DNA from: an uncultured virus (IMG/VR IMGVR_UViG_3300017786_003062)
Lineage: Duplodnaviria > Heunggongvirae > Uroviricota > Caudoviricetes
Strand: one strand, 5' to 3'
Length of the DNA stretch: 64,000 bases
Virus record (IMG/VR): IMGVR_UViG_3300017786_003062
Made by a program: the position numbers and the translations under genes. Below, piece after piece: positions 39,801-47,152 of this stretch; position 1 is the stretch's first letter, and every line of letters starts with the position of its first letter. The notes below the pieces were generated by a model that saw only the letters and a program-made list of their open reading frames with translations, did no database searches and was not told where the DNA came from.

Positions 39801-42642
39801 TAACAGTAAAACATTTTTTGATGTTAAATGGCCAATGGACGTAAGACGTAACCAAGTTACTATTACAGTTAACGGCATTGAAGAATTACAAGGTAACTAT
39901 TCAGTTAGCAATGAAGAATATACTGATAAGTCTTACACAAGATACAAAGGACGTATTACATTTGATAATCCTCCGGCAAACAATGCAGTTATTGTTGTTA
40001 CATACAAAAAAGATGTATCAATGCTACAAGCACAAGATAGAATTAACTTGTTCTACAATCCTTCAACAGGACAGTTAGGTAACGATATTTCACAGTTAAT
40101 GGACGGTGTTGATTACGGTGGAGTACAAGTTAAGAGTTTTGCATTTAATACAGGTACAGGATATGGTAACGAACCTTATTACACAACTACTTGGGATTCA
40201 TATGATGCAACATACGAAGATGAAATTTTCCAACTAGACGGAAGTACACAAGTATTAACATTGTCTGCTCCATTAGTTAATGGCGTAACATATAACGTAT
40301 ATAAAAATGGTATTAGAATTGACGATCCTGAATATGATGGATCAACAGTTCCAGGTAATCCAAATGCAGTAATGAATTCACTAGTAGGTGATGGTACAAC
40401 AGATACATTTGTTATTGACAATGATAAGATTCCAACAGCAGGTAACGATGTAATTGTTATTAGAAAATCAACAAGTGATGGTAGCTTCTTACCAGATGCA
40501 GACGCATATGACACAATGTTACAAGGTGGTGACATAGCGTACTCAACTGCAAAAGGTATTAGTGCAGAAGAAATTGTAGTTGATGGTGATGGGTTTGTAA
40601 CTCCGTTAACATCTAAAGGACCTGAAGAACTTGTTCCAGGACAATTACTTGATAGTGTAAACATTAAAGTATACGATAGAATTAATGATGGTTCAAGTAT
40701 AATTAATAATTACAACTACATTTACACAGGAAGCCGTACATTTAAACTTGATAGAGTACCAGCAAGTAGCAAAGATGTGTTTGTTAAAGCTAACGGAACA
40801 ATTTTAGATTCAGGTAATAACAGTTTGTTTACTGTAAATTATCAGGATAAAACATTAACATTAGATAACAGCGTTGCAATAGCAAACGGTCAAAGTGTTA
40901 ACATTATTACAATGTCAGCTAACGGTGAAAACATTCTTGATGCAGACACATTTACAGGTGACGGATCAACATCAGTATTTGTTACATCAGTTAAGTTTAA
41001 ACAAGGACTAAGTTTGTTTATTACAAAAGACGGTGCTCCAATTGATGCTGTACTTGCAGAAACAGATTCAACATACGAGACAGCAGGTCAAGTATTACTT
41101 AGACTACCGATTGCTCCTCTTCCAGGAGAGCTTATACAATATGTAATTTATGATAGTGCGGCTAAGTCGTTCTCACAGATATCAATTGATGAGTTTACAG
41201 GTTCAGGATCATTACAAACATTTAATTTAGCTAATGCACCGTTTACACAACGCCCATTAGCAAACAGCGTAGTTGTTAAAGTAGGTAATAAAATACTTAC
41301 ACCTGGATACAATCAACAGTATACAGTTTCATCAACTAGAGAATACAAACTGCGTGATTGGCAAGTTGGACTTGCACAGATACCAGCAGAAAAAATTAAA
41401 GTATTCTTAAACGGCGTAGAGCAAATATTATCAACAAGTTATATTTGGAATAGATTTAATTCAAGTGTTGAATTATTTGCTGGTGTTGGTAACAACGGAG
41501 ACATTTTAGATGTTTACTTACTAGGTGACGGAGAGTACGACTTTGGTGTGTTTGATGCTAATGGTTATTGGAATGAAACTCCTAATCAAGTACAGTTAAC
41601 AACTGCTCCACAAAATGGTGAAAAGGTAACTGTTTATCAATTTAGTAATCATGATGTTGCAAAAATTGAAAGAATTAATTTAGATGTTGTTGCAAGAGCT
41701 ACACTTACAACAGATACAAAAGAATATAACGAATATCATCAATTAGCAAACGGATTTATTAAACTAAGAACTCCTGCAATTGATACAAGTTATGTATGGT
41801 TAACTAAAAATGGCGTACTATTAAGTCCAAACGTTGAATATGCATTACTAGAAGACAAAGTAACTATTAGAGTAGCAGTTGATATTGATGCAAATGACGA
41901 AATGGAAGTAATACACTTTAGTAATAGCACTATAATTCCTAAGTTTGGATTTAGTCAATTTAAAGATATGCTTAATAGAACACACTTTAAACGTTTAGGT
42001 GATGAATCACGTTACTTCTTAGCTGAAGATTTAAACTATTACGATACTAGTATCAAAGTTACTAACTCTGATACACTACCTCAACCAAACAAAGACCGTA
42101 GTATTCCAGGTATTGTGTTTATTGACGGAGAGCGTATTGAATATTACTTAAAAGAAGGCGGAGTACTTAGACAATTACGTAGAGGTACACTAGGAACTGG
42201 TATTGCAACAGTACATGCTAAAGGAACTGAACTAATAGATCAGAGTAACAAGCAAACTGTTCCATATCAAGATAGAACACTTCAGCAAACATTTACAGCA
42301 GATGGCTCAACTAGTAGCATTGTAGTAGACTTTATTCCAAATTCAGTACATGAATTTGAAATATTTGTCGCTGGTAAGCGCCTGCGTAAAAATGCAATAA
42401 ATACATATGATCCAACTGTTGATTTAGACAGCCCAGAGGCAGATATTGTGTCGCCCGCGGAGTTTAGTGTCGATGGAACAACTTCAACTGTTGTATTAGC
42501 TGAAACACCACCTATTAATACCAAGATAGTGGTGGTTAGACGCATTGGTAAACCTTGGACTGACAGTGGAATTCCTCTACATAGGCAAGAAAATGACATT
42601 GCAAGGTTCTTAAGAACAACAGAGGTGGCGTTACCTAAATAA
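27808..42642 (+). CDS. Giant (4944 aa) virion baseplate/wedge protein, gp7-like position
   Basis: Directly follows gp6; N-terminal HLPKYF..KFL; internal NPGSGY repeats, FG-GAP-like blades, chitin-binding-like motifs; C-terminal IDGERIEY..LRRGTLGT. Confidence 0.75.
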   Translation: MAFNDNQSDTALPVGANQSKRTSADHLPKYFRTESNKKFLSATLDQLLNPGVAEKISAYYGRRIAKARVASDNYISDTNADRENYQFEPATIVQDELNNVTFYKDYNDFKNQIKAFNGTVNNDSVLNKQEYYSWNPHINWDKFTNYREYYWLPNGPIGIGVAGQAKDIDSTFTVTSQDNLDNTAYVFSPDGKTQNPSLKLYRGQTYTFVLNTPGMPLTFRTARSLDAEVLYTTGVDDSTQTTDVGTITFEVDINAPDTLYYINGNDINTSGLIKIYDIVENSKIDVEAEILGKQSYTMSNGYALSNGMKVYFQGDVTPAKYAEGEWYVEGVGDKIKLVSEANVQIPGTYSTDKPVPFDSEAFDRVPFSNANSFAGTKDYVCMNRSSNDLNPWSRYNRWTHKSVIETTATINGIVPEIDQANRAKRPIVEFNENIKLHEFGTSAKDNVDLIDTFTSDVFSTIEGSLGYNIDGVDIADGMRILFTGDPDTRVNGKIYKVNFITHNNIRQISLIEETDTAPLLNEVVLVEAGNTNKGKMWYYNGTKWCVAQEKTATNQTPMFDLFDTNGVSFSNTTTYPSTTFIGNKLFSYKQGTGTNDVELGFPLSYRALENTGDIEFDFNLLNTTHTYQQNNAVITAKSDNGVLRQYSDRETFTYVSGWIKGNTESKQLVNRQYVVATQFNDFAIDVYDRSGDLNDLWVRVYVNDKRKLENTDYAINRINGVAYVTFTKDLVKDDILVIKTDSATKKNANGVYEFPINYERNPKNENIESFTLGEVNDHVESITEFRNDWTGSFPGTSNLRDLGNLSPYGSRFTQHSGLANLAVYHITDKTANIVNALKFSRAEYGKFRRKFLQIAENLGYDGSSRIHFDKVITELNLNKTNDMPFYFSDMIGHGISNEIVHTVFSASQEYYSLTAEFSLRSLSNQAISVYRNGELLCHGQDYEFEVGFEGFVKFLTPNAINDVITIYEYENTDGSYIPETPTKLGLYPAYVPEKFIDNTYGVDQTVIRGHDGSTFVAYNDFRDELLLELEKRIYNNLKVPYNTSLFDIHDFVGGSNRETGIPKWAIDKGMITEFIDWLSIVGNPDYTNYDFYEASDTFTYNYSSTLGANNTTNPGYWRAVYKQAFDTDRPHTHPWEMLGLSVKPTWWETEYGKAPYTSENMLLWQDLEDGICRKPGAPAEYLEHYKRPGLTNWIPVDDAGNLLSPVDANYAKEFVLGSTKNPFNFGDEGPTETAWRRSSEYPFALLISLMLNQPSRVCGLGWDRSRIVRDSAGTIVYSPTGKRLRLEDLVFPNTSTDETRVNTCGLINVIANYLNSKDTDVYTKYRTNIKAVDNKLGIKLGGFTEKSKFKLILDSRTPYNEGNVFVPEENYQIFLNTSSVTELVSYSGVIIEKKAEGFIIRGYDKVNPYFKYFTPTPKADDPIVTVGGISEDFVKWTENKTYAEGSIIQFGNEYYVAKAQHVAGSDFDQSLYQKLPELPMKGGRSAFFRREFNTELIKEPAELAYGTMFRTVQQVVDFLLGYSKYLESEGFSFNNFSDKILDVENWRVSAKEFLFWTTQGWAENSVITLSPGANQLKFYKEKNVADNIFDTFYDYSLLKADGKKLIPEYVRVGRDNDNEFTVSTRNTADGIYNVNIPLVQKEHVVILDNTTVFKDVIYDQAPGYRQARLKVMGYRTDAWTGGFNIPGFIYDSATTTVWEQWKDYAVGDTVKYKEFYYVAKVKIPGTNIFNNADWEKLEVRPEAGLKANLDYKAKQFGDFYDLDTDNFDNDQQRLAQHLIGYQKRKYLENIINDDVSQYKFYQGFIQDKGTKNSLTKLFDALSNTDADSLDFYEEWGFRLGQYGSSTAFDEVEYTLDEANFRLSPQPVELVDTVTGEETDLIYRIRPFETYLKPQGYNHKPFPTNDVQKNVLPTAGYVNPQDVKLSVPTYEDLLAESPSALNVGDYVWIGKKGIEWDVLKYIRSNDRVLAIQTTSITGVEEFVITLGKQSKYEVDEIIGIVDVEGAEKFFKVKRNELDTLICYPNGTVEDAELVNGFVTKFNSNRTTSFDSANLLLSDYNNDLKVGETIWIDKDITDNWLVLKNEPVHSEQQVLSNIKTSDSSVEFGKVIAADQRNTTLAISAPGNSEVYLFGRTTDTTDFTHLQTIEDPGSTYYSGNGNFGKSVAIAEDGEFLAIGAPQASNVKTLYKGEFSDSSNYATNDIVSYKQNLWKANYGITAASGSFTFNSYQASHDVAVASYADGAYPETVYAIRGRYSFDGATDHILVRAPKDPYEGSSVNDKISLQWNQYSQNYPNGILPFGVNGPGTASFEGTKVIAGKIDAILYVDNILRTPAVGDIVSTPTAIGTVQDIIIDNVNSAMLYMTDVNGEFESTGSLITNGVDMGTYEAVEFANPNTTYGGWWRIDGINSFTTTEKTITVPNLVIGDFILETESRTPEVAANTMDDVNAFNNDIGNPTKGGKIGILSYYDKQGLPVTEPYWFVRAPKAITDTLSPTDNFTMSMNQVRDSLNTLYDPSALGLSFNYINSPHTVHDLWDGYIDITFTNFTPPPNQVPYVPVEGDIVTQLFTGAYAEVAYVQEGLLGARVFVKNLNTSAGVFAYGNTHGATGDLHISNWQGQGFNRLTGRIESTDLTTDFSGKYIVVRNNDSTLLQVVTPSFKNEIEFQFYTNRSVTGAARTANIPSPLNKEYTQIFNLPIDPKDGVASSYSNEGAYFIYNKTGSGEYSLQHGYTNLERGNNKNLGTQIEMTKQDNLYRLFVSAPGAGNGTNPGRIHFIKHGVDSNGSEFNWAFTNNPSYKGVFSDAVPYYTDDIVLYNNQFYKSLTNQVASAFSSSWILLAQNIDFIGYVPNDTGYQPDGDSTFDNESNTLYNFAHPFTVNKNGNVLATVADFENATPKIAIYRFNNNHYEYSQVIDTPVASTKYASAIAISDDGELIAVGAPLDDSIANDNGKVYVYKNTEGTFNLFQELYSPDSSVAERFGQTVDFSGNELMISSQGGNLVDNTSFDRYTAAMDPQPQTYLDDSTLVTAQYVNSKESDLAVETTYDNNLTQFSKENLDSGEVFIYQYVGGYLLYAEKLAFNNSNVERFGEFIHASNNHIYVSMPELSASNTGNNFIGTVVDYKRQRNELPWKTYRSPTRQVDLDKFKGVFVYSKDGSGTATQLDYIDPIQGKIAGPAEEELAFTTPFDPATYTQTDQSNVNVDTENYWANEHVGKLWWDISTVQWIEPYQNNIIYNTANFNQQMVGSSIDVYEWVETSLTPTQWLELADTEDGLARGISGTPKYGTTTFVTKRLYNSVSSSFYNKYYYWVKNTKIIPTLENRRSSAYDVAQLINDPAGQGYKFVAVYSNDRFGLYNCGSLVEEDKKAINFRYWTIPNQEINQHNQYQLITDGLATSKPNKDLEAKWIDSLVGVDIYNRPVPDPALSPKQKYGVLNRPRQSMFKNSTEALKQVIERTNRVLAKELIVDEYSFTNLLSSDPQPDIISSKYDVAIDTYSELSFVNISKVKPATLTPVFEEGKLVRVDITNPGSGYITVPTYEFEQVGDGEKAQVTLTLNTAGGIGSVTVRNPGKNYSPNTNLSVRLFSVLVKSDETVNSKWSIFSYNTVLAEYQRTATQAYDVSNWWNYIDWYDAGYSKFTDIDFTIDESYLLTSLNDTIGDIIKIKNIGTGGWLLLEKISNEEASDYTSNYRTIGRQDGTIEFKEELYNFTKSFVGFDGLSYDTAFYDNQPTNELRIILKSLRDDIFVDGLEVEYNQLFLASIRYAFAEQPFVDWAFKTSFIKAKHNAGDLQQKVTFQNDSLPSYEEFVKETKPFKTKIREYLSNYTKTDLTSSSISDFDFAPQYNEDTQRIEPASLKVKDNLIYGQDATLNTYPNKHWLDNVGFEVASCNISDKGLGYTEIPVIKFVGGGGTGAKGLAKLGSGGSVVSIEVTNPGSGYLSAPTIEIEGSLSTVNESRIAKASAQLGNSKIRAMHLRSKFDRVTGTFLITSLAETQTFAGNNSKTFFDVKWPMDVRRNQVTITVNGIEELQGNYSVSNEEYTDKSYTRYKGRITFDNPPANNAVIVVTYKKDVSMLQAQDRINLFYNPSTGQLGNDISQLMDGVDYGGVQVKSFAFNTGTGYGNEPYYTTTWDSYDATYEDEIFQLDGSTQVLTLSAPLVNGVTYNVYKNGIRIDDPEYDGSTVPGNPNAVMNSLVGDGTTDTFVIDNDKIPTAGNDVIVIRKSTSDGSFLPDADAYDTMLQGGDIAYSTAKGISAEEIVVDGDGFVTPLTSKGPEELVPGQLLDSVNIKVYDRINDGSSIINNYNYIYTGSRTFKLDRVPASSKDVFVKANGTILDSGNNSLFTVNYQDKTLTLDNSVAIANGQSVNIITMSANGENILDADTFTGDGSTSVFVTSVKFKQGLSLFITKDGAPIDAVLAETDSTYETAGQVLLRLPIAPLPGELIQYVIYDSAAKSFSQISIDEFTGSGSLQTFNLANAPFTQRPLANSVVVKVGNKILTPGYNQQYTVSSTREYKLRDWQVGLAQIPAEKIKVFLNGVEQILSTSYIWNRFNSSVELFAGVGNNGDILDVYLLGDGEYDFGVFDANGYWNETPNQVQLTTAPQNGEKVTVYQFSNHDVAKIERINLDVVARATLTTDTKEYNEYHQLANGFIKLRTPAIDTSYVWLTKNGVLLSPNVEYALLEDKVTIRVAVDIDANDEMEVIHFSNSTIIPKFGFSQFKDMLNRTHFKRLGDESRYFLAEDLNYYDTSIKVTNSDTLPQPNKDRSIPGIVFIDGERIEYYLKEGGVLRQLRRGTLGTGIATVHAKGTELIDQSNKQTVPYQDRTLQQTFTADGSTSSIVVDFIPNSVHEFEIFVAGKRLRKNAINTYDPTVDLDSPEADIVSPAEFSVDGTTSTVVLAETPPINTKIVVVRRIGKPWTDSGIPLHRQENDIARFLRTTEVALPK

Positions 42643-42660
42643 ATACACTTGTAGGAAATA

Positions 42661-43278
42661 ATGATGACAGACAAATTTAATGATAAACAAGGTGTTCTTT
42701 TGCAAGGGCACATCAAGATACACAATCCAGAGACTGGTGAAATCTTGGTGGACAAGCGTAATGCTATTCACTACGAAAACATGAGTATTTCATTAGCGGA
42801 AAGTTTATCTAATCAAGGACAGGGTATGGTCTACCAAATGGCATTTGGTAATGGCGGTACTAACGTAGACCCAACGGGTATTATTACGTACTTGTCACCA
42901 AACTCAACAGGAACTAATGCTAGTTTGTATAATCAAACATATGCTAAAGTTATTGACAACAACAATGTTAATAACGTTGATCCTACTAGAAACAAATTAG
43001 AAACTAGACACGTAAGCGGAACTAACTACACAGATATTGTAGCAACTTGTTTATTAGACTACGGTGAGCCTAGTGGGCAAGATGCTCTTGATAACGCAAC
43101 AGCAAACGACAGTTTGTATGTGTTTGACGAGTTAGGACTTGTAAGTTATGCAACTAGCGGAACAGGCAGATTGCTAACACACGTAATTTTCCACCCTGTA
43201 CAGAAGTCACTAAACAGACTAATCCAAATTGATTATACTGTTAGAGTACAGAGTTTAACAGGTTTTAACGAGGTTTAA
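42661..43278 (+). CDS. Virion baseplate protein
   Basis: 205 aa, GHIKI..N, FDELGL, LLTHVIFHPVQKSLNRLIQIDYTV; late promoter TAAATA at 42640-42645. Confidence 0.65.
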   Translation: MMTDKFNDKQGVLLQGHIKIHNPETGEILVDKRNAIHYENMSISLAESLSNQGQGMVYQMAFGNGGTNVDPTGIITYLSPNSTGTNASLYNQTYAKVIDNNNVNNVDPTRNKLETRHVSGTNYTDIVATCLLDYGEPSGQDALDNATANDSLYVFDELGLVSYATSGTGRLLTHVIFHPVQKSLNRLIQIDYTVRVQSLTGFNEV

Positions 43279-43281
43279 TAA

Positions 43282-45312
43282 ATGGCATATACTGTACAAT
43301 ATACTGACTTATCCCAAAAAGGTACTATTGTTGTTGAAGACAACACTATTAACCAACAAACGTCCTTGGACTTGCCAGGCAGAAATACAACTGCGTATGG
43401 TACAGCTATTGCCGAAAACTTTTTACACTTATTAGAAAACTTTGCTTTTAACACAGCACCAACAAATCCTGTAGAAGGACAGTTGTGGTATGATACAACT
43501 CCAGGTGTTGATCAGTTAAAATTATATGATGGTACTAACTGGGTTAGTGCATCAGGTTTAAAGAAAGCTACTACAGCACCAGAAGCAAACCAATCAGTTA
43601 CAGGTGACCTTTGGGTTGATACAGACAACCAACAATTATATTTGTATACAGGTTCTGGATGGATATTAGTTGGACCAACATTTAGTGATGGTCTTTCAAC
43701 AGGTGTTAAGCCTACAACTATTATTGGCACAGACAATATTACTTACACAGTTTTAATTATTGAAGTAAAAGCAAAAACACTTGCAATTATTTCAACAGAT
43801 GCATTTACACCTAAAACAACAATACAAGGCTTTACAAGTATTAAGCCAGGTTATAATTTAAGTACGTTTGATATTACAGGTTCAGGTACTGCAAAATATT
43901 TAGGTACAGCAGAAAAAGCAGAATCATTAGTTATAGGAGCAGAAAATGTTCCAGCGGCAAACTTCCTTAGAGCTGACAAAGAAACTAACAGCCTAGTTGC
44001 TGTTAATGTTAAAAATAATTCAGGTATCACAGTAGGTGCAGATAGTGCATTGAACATTGGTATTGAAGGACAAGCAGGTATTATTGGTCACCAAACAAGT
44101 GGATCAAACATTGATATTAGAGTTAACAACGAAGGTACAACTACTACAGTTTTACGTGTTGATTCAACAAGCAAAATTGGTATTAATAATTTAGCACCAG
44201 TTGAGTCATTAGACGTAGTTGGAAATATACAAACAGACAGTAGCGTATTAGTTAACGGAACAACAGACAGTTCAACTATAAACACAGGTAGTATTATTGC
44301 TAGAGGTGGTGTTGGTATTGCTAAAAGATTGTATGTAGGTAGCGATACAAACATTGCAGGATTATTAACTACAGGTAATATTGTTCCAAACATTACAACA
44401 ACAAGAAATATTGGTACTGCAAACGAACAGTTCTTAAATGTATTTTCACAAAACTTTGTTGGTAACTTAACAGGTAACGTAACAGGATCAATTAGTGGTA
44501 GATCAGGATCAACTGATAAACTAGCAAGTGCAACAACATTTAGAATGGTTGGCGATGTAAGTGCTCCTGAGTTTAGCTTTGATGGACAAGATGCTAGTGT
44601 AAAAACTTTTACTACAACAATTGACAACACATTTATTGCGGCTAAAACAGAACAAGCATTAAGTGAACCAACAGATGAATACATGTTTAACAGAGTCCAA
44701 GGTGACACTGGTGTATTTAAAATATCAAGAACTAACTTGTTTAAAGCTATTCCGCAATTACCAGTTGGTATGATTACTGCATTTGCGGCAGGCGTACTAC
44801 CAGCAGATTGGTTAATATGTGATGGTAGAGAAGTTAGCATTGCTGAATATCAAAACTTGTTTAACGTTATTGAATATAACTTTAAAGCACAAGCACTTGT
44901 AACAGCAGGTAAATTTGCGTTACCAGACTTACGTGGTAGATTTATGCTAGGCTTAGATAACATGGGCGGCGAAAGTGCTAACCGTGTAACTAGTGCGGCG
45001 GCAGATACATTAGGTAATGTTGAAGGACAACAAACACAATCAATTGGACTTACTAACTTACCAGAACACGAACATGATTTACGTGGACCAAGTGGAGACC
45101 AGTACTATACTACTAGAGATATTAGCGGAGTACCAAACGATCCACAAGGTATACAATACGATGCTCCAACAGGAACACAAGCAGGACAGGCTTATCCATC
45201 ATCAGGTGGTGTACTAACAAATAGCACAATTGGACAACCAATTGATGTTATGAATCCATATATGGCAATAAACATGATCATATACGCTGGGCAAAACACG
45301 GGAGCAGTATAA
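43282..45312 (+). CDS. Tail fibre protein with C-terminal tail-collar domain
   Basis: PVGMITAFA..WLICDG..FALPDLRGRF (collar motif), LPEHEH, MNPYMAINMIIY. Confidence 0.85.
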   Translation: MAYTVQYTDLSQKGTIVVEDNTINQQTSLDLPGRNTTAYGTAIAENFLHLLENFAFNTAPTNPVEGQLWYDTTPGVDQLKLYDGTNWVSASGLKKATTAPEANQSVTGDLWVDTDNQQLYLYTGSGWILVGPTFSDGLSTGVKPTTIIGTDNITYTVLIIEVKAKTLAIISTDAFTPKTTIQGFTSIKPGYNLSTFDITGSGTAKYLGTAEKAESLVIGAENVPAANFLRADKETNSLVAVNVKNNSGITVGADSALNIGIEGQAGIIGHQTSGSNIDIRVNNEGTTTTVLRVDSTSKIGINNLAPVESLDVVGNIQTDSSVLVNGTTDSSTINTGSIIARGGVGIAKRLYVGSDTNIAGLLTTGNIVPNITTTRNIGTANEQFLNVFSQNFVGNLTGNVTGSISGRSGSTDKLASATTFRMVGDVSAPEFSFDGQDASVKTFTTTIDNTFIAAKTEQALSEPTDEYMFNRVQGDTGVFKISRTNLFKAIPQLPVGMITAFAAGVLPADWLICDGREVSIAEYQNLFNVIEYNFKAQALVTAGKFALPDLRGRFMLGLDNMGGESANRVTSAAADTLGNVEGQQTQSIGLTNLPEHEHDLRGPSGDQYYTTRDISGVPNDPQGIQYDAPTGTQAGQAYPSSGGVLTNSTIGQPIDVMNPYMAINMIIYAGQNTGAV

Positions 45313-47123
45313 TGAGTTATAAATTAAATAAAACGGACGGCTCATTACTAGTAGACTTAGTCGACGGTAGTTTAGATACTACAAGTACTGATATTTCCTT
45401 AATAGGTAAAAACTATTCAGGGTTTGGTGAAAGTATTAACGAAAACTTTATTAAGATACTAGAAAATTTTGCTAACACATCGGCTCCTAGCTTACCACTA
45501 AAAGGTCAGCTATGGTTTGATAGTACAGAAGCAAGACTTAAAGTTTATGACGGAACAAATTTTAGAACCAGTGGTGGCCCTATTGTACAAAATTCACAAC
45601 CAGGTGTTGGTGTAGTTGCAGGTGATCTTTGGATTAACAACGATACAAGACAATTACATTTTTATGATGGTACACAGTTTAATTTAGCAGGTCCAATTTA
45701 TACAAATGACCAAGGCAAGTCAGGGTTTGAAACTGTAACAGTATTAGATAATCAAAACAATAGTAAAACTATTATAAAGTTTTCAATAGCAGGAACACTA
45801 ATAGGAGTATTTTCGAACAATGAATTTACACCAGCGGCTTCATATGCTATTACTGGACTTGATAATATTAAGAAAGGCTTTAACATTATTTCAAGTGTTA
45901 CAGACTTTGTATTTAGAGGCTCAGCAGATAGTGCCGCGGCACTAGTTGATAATGCAGGCGTAGCCAAAAGTGCTTCGCAGTTTTTATCAGCAGACTCTAA
46001 CTCAGTTACAACTGGAACAGTAACAGTTGCTAACAGTGGTGGTATTACAATTGGTACTGCACAAAACAATATTCAAAAGGTAGTTGGAACTAGCGTTGTT
46101 AACGAAAATCAATTATCAAATCATGATTATAAAATTAGAGTTAGAAAAGCAACAGGTTTTGTAGATGCAGTAACTATTGACACATCAGAATCATTCTTAG
46201 GTATATTTAAAGATACTCCACAGCATACGTTACACGTTGGTGGCGATATGAGAGTTGATGGTAACTTATTTTTAACATCACCAGCTGTTAACATTGAAAC
46301 ACAAAATTTAAGAGTTGAAGATAAAAATATTGAATTAGGTATTACTAGTGATAGTACATCATTAGATAATGCAAACGTAGACCTTGGCGGAGTTATTCTT
46401 AAATCAAGCGATCTTGATAAAGAATGGCTTTGGAGAAATGCTACAGGTGCTTGGACATCAAGTGAAAACATTGACGTTGTTGCAACTAAGTGGTACAAAG
46501 CTGAAGGTGTTAACGTATTAAACAAAACAGAATTAGGTTCAACAGTAACACAAGCACTTGGACTTACAGACATTGGTACATTGAATCAGCTTAATGTTGA
46601 TCAAACTAATATCCAAGGCGCAAAGATTACAACTAGTACTCCATTACAATTAGAAAGTACTGGAAGTATTACAATTACTAATAACCAAAAAATTACTGGA
46701 CTAGCGGAACCAACAACTAATACAGATGCCGCTACTAAGTTTTATGTTGATGATCAGATTAACTTAGAACCAGTTGTAATGAGTTTAGATATTACTGGAT
46801 TATCTAACAGTAACATTGCAACGATCATCGAAGACATTTATCCAGCAAGTAATAAGAAAACCGGAACATATGCGTACATAGCTACTTCAACTATTGCAGG
46901 AGCAACAGTTACAGGTATTGACGTAGACGCGGCTAAAAACATCTCATACGTTGCAGTAGATGCTAACGGTGTGTTAAATCAGAGTGTAGTACAAGACGTT
47001 GCGTTTGCTTCAGCATCAGGTAACGTTAATGTTACTATATCACGTGGTTTAAAACGCTTTAGAGTTGCCGCAGGTGCATGGGTATTTGATAACGATCTTG
47101 GTTCAAGCGGCGGCTTGTGGTAA
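45312..47123 (+). CDS. Tail fibre / baseplate structural protein
   Basis: Shares N-terminal domain with neighbours; ITGLAEPTTNTDAATKFYVD fibre motif. Confidence 0.7.
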   Translation: MSYKLNKTDGSLLVDLVDGSLDTTSTDISLIGKNYSGFGESINENFIKILENFANTSAPSLPLKGQLWFDSTEARLKVYDGTNFRTSGGPIVQNSQPGVGVVAGDLWINNDTRQLHFYDGTQFNLAGPIYTNDQGKSGFETVTVLDNQNNSKTIIKFSIAGTLIGVFSNNEFTPAASYAITGLDNIKKGFNIISSVTDFVFRGSADSAAALVDNAGVAKSASQFLSADSNSVTTGTVTVANSGGITIGTAQNNIQKVVGTSVVNENQLSNHDYKIRVRKATGFVDAVTIDTSESFLGIFKDTPQHTLHVGGDMRVDGNLFLTSPAVNIETQNLRVEDKNIELGITSDSTSLDNANVDLGGVILKSSDLDKEWLWRNATGAWTSSENIDVVATKWYKAEGVNVLNKTELGSTVTQALGLTDIGTLNQLNVDQTNIQGAKITTSTPLQLESTGSITITNNQKITGLAEPTTNTDAATKFYVDDQINLEPVVMSLDITGLSNSNIATIIEDIYPASNKKTGTYAYIATSTIAGATVTGIDVDAAKNISYVAVDANGVLNQSVVQDVAFASASGNVNVTISRGLKRFRVAAGAWVFDNDLGSSGGLW

Positions 47124-47152
47124 GAGATAAATAGTAACATAGAGGAAAAGAA

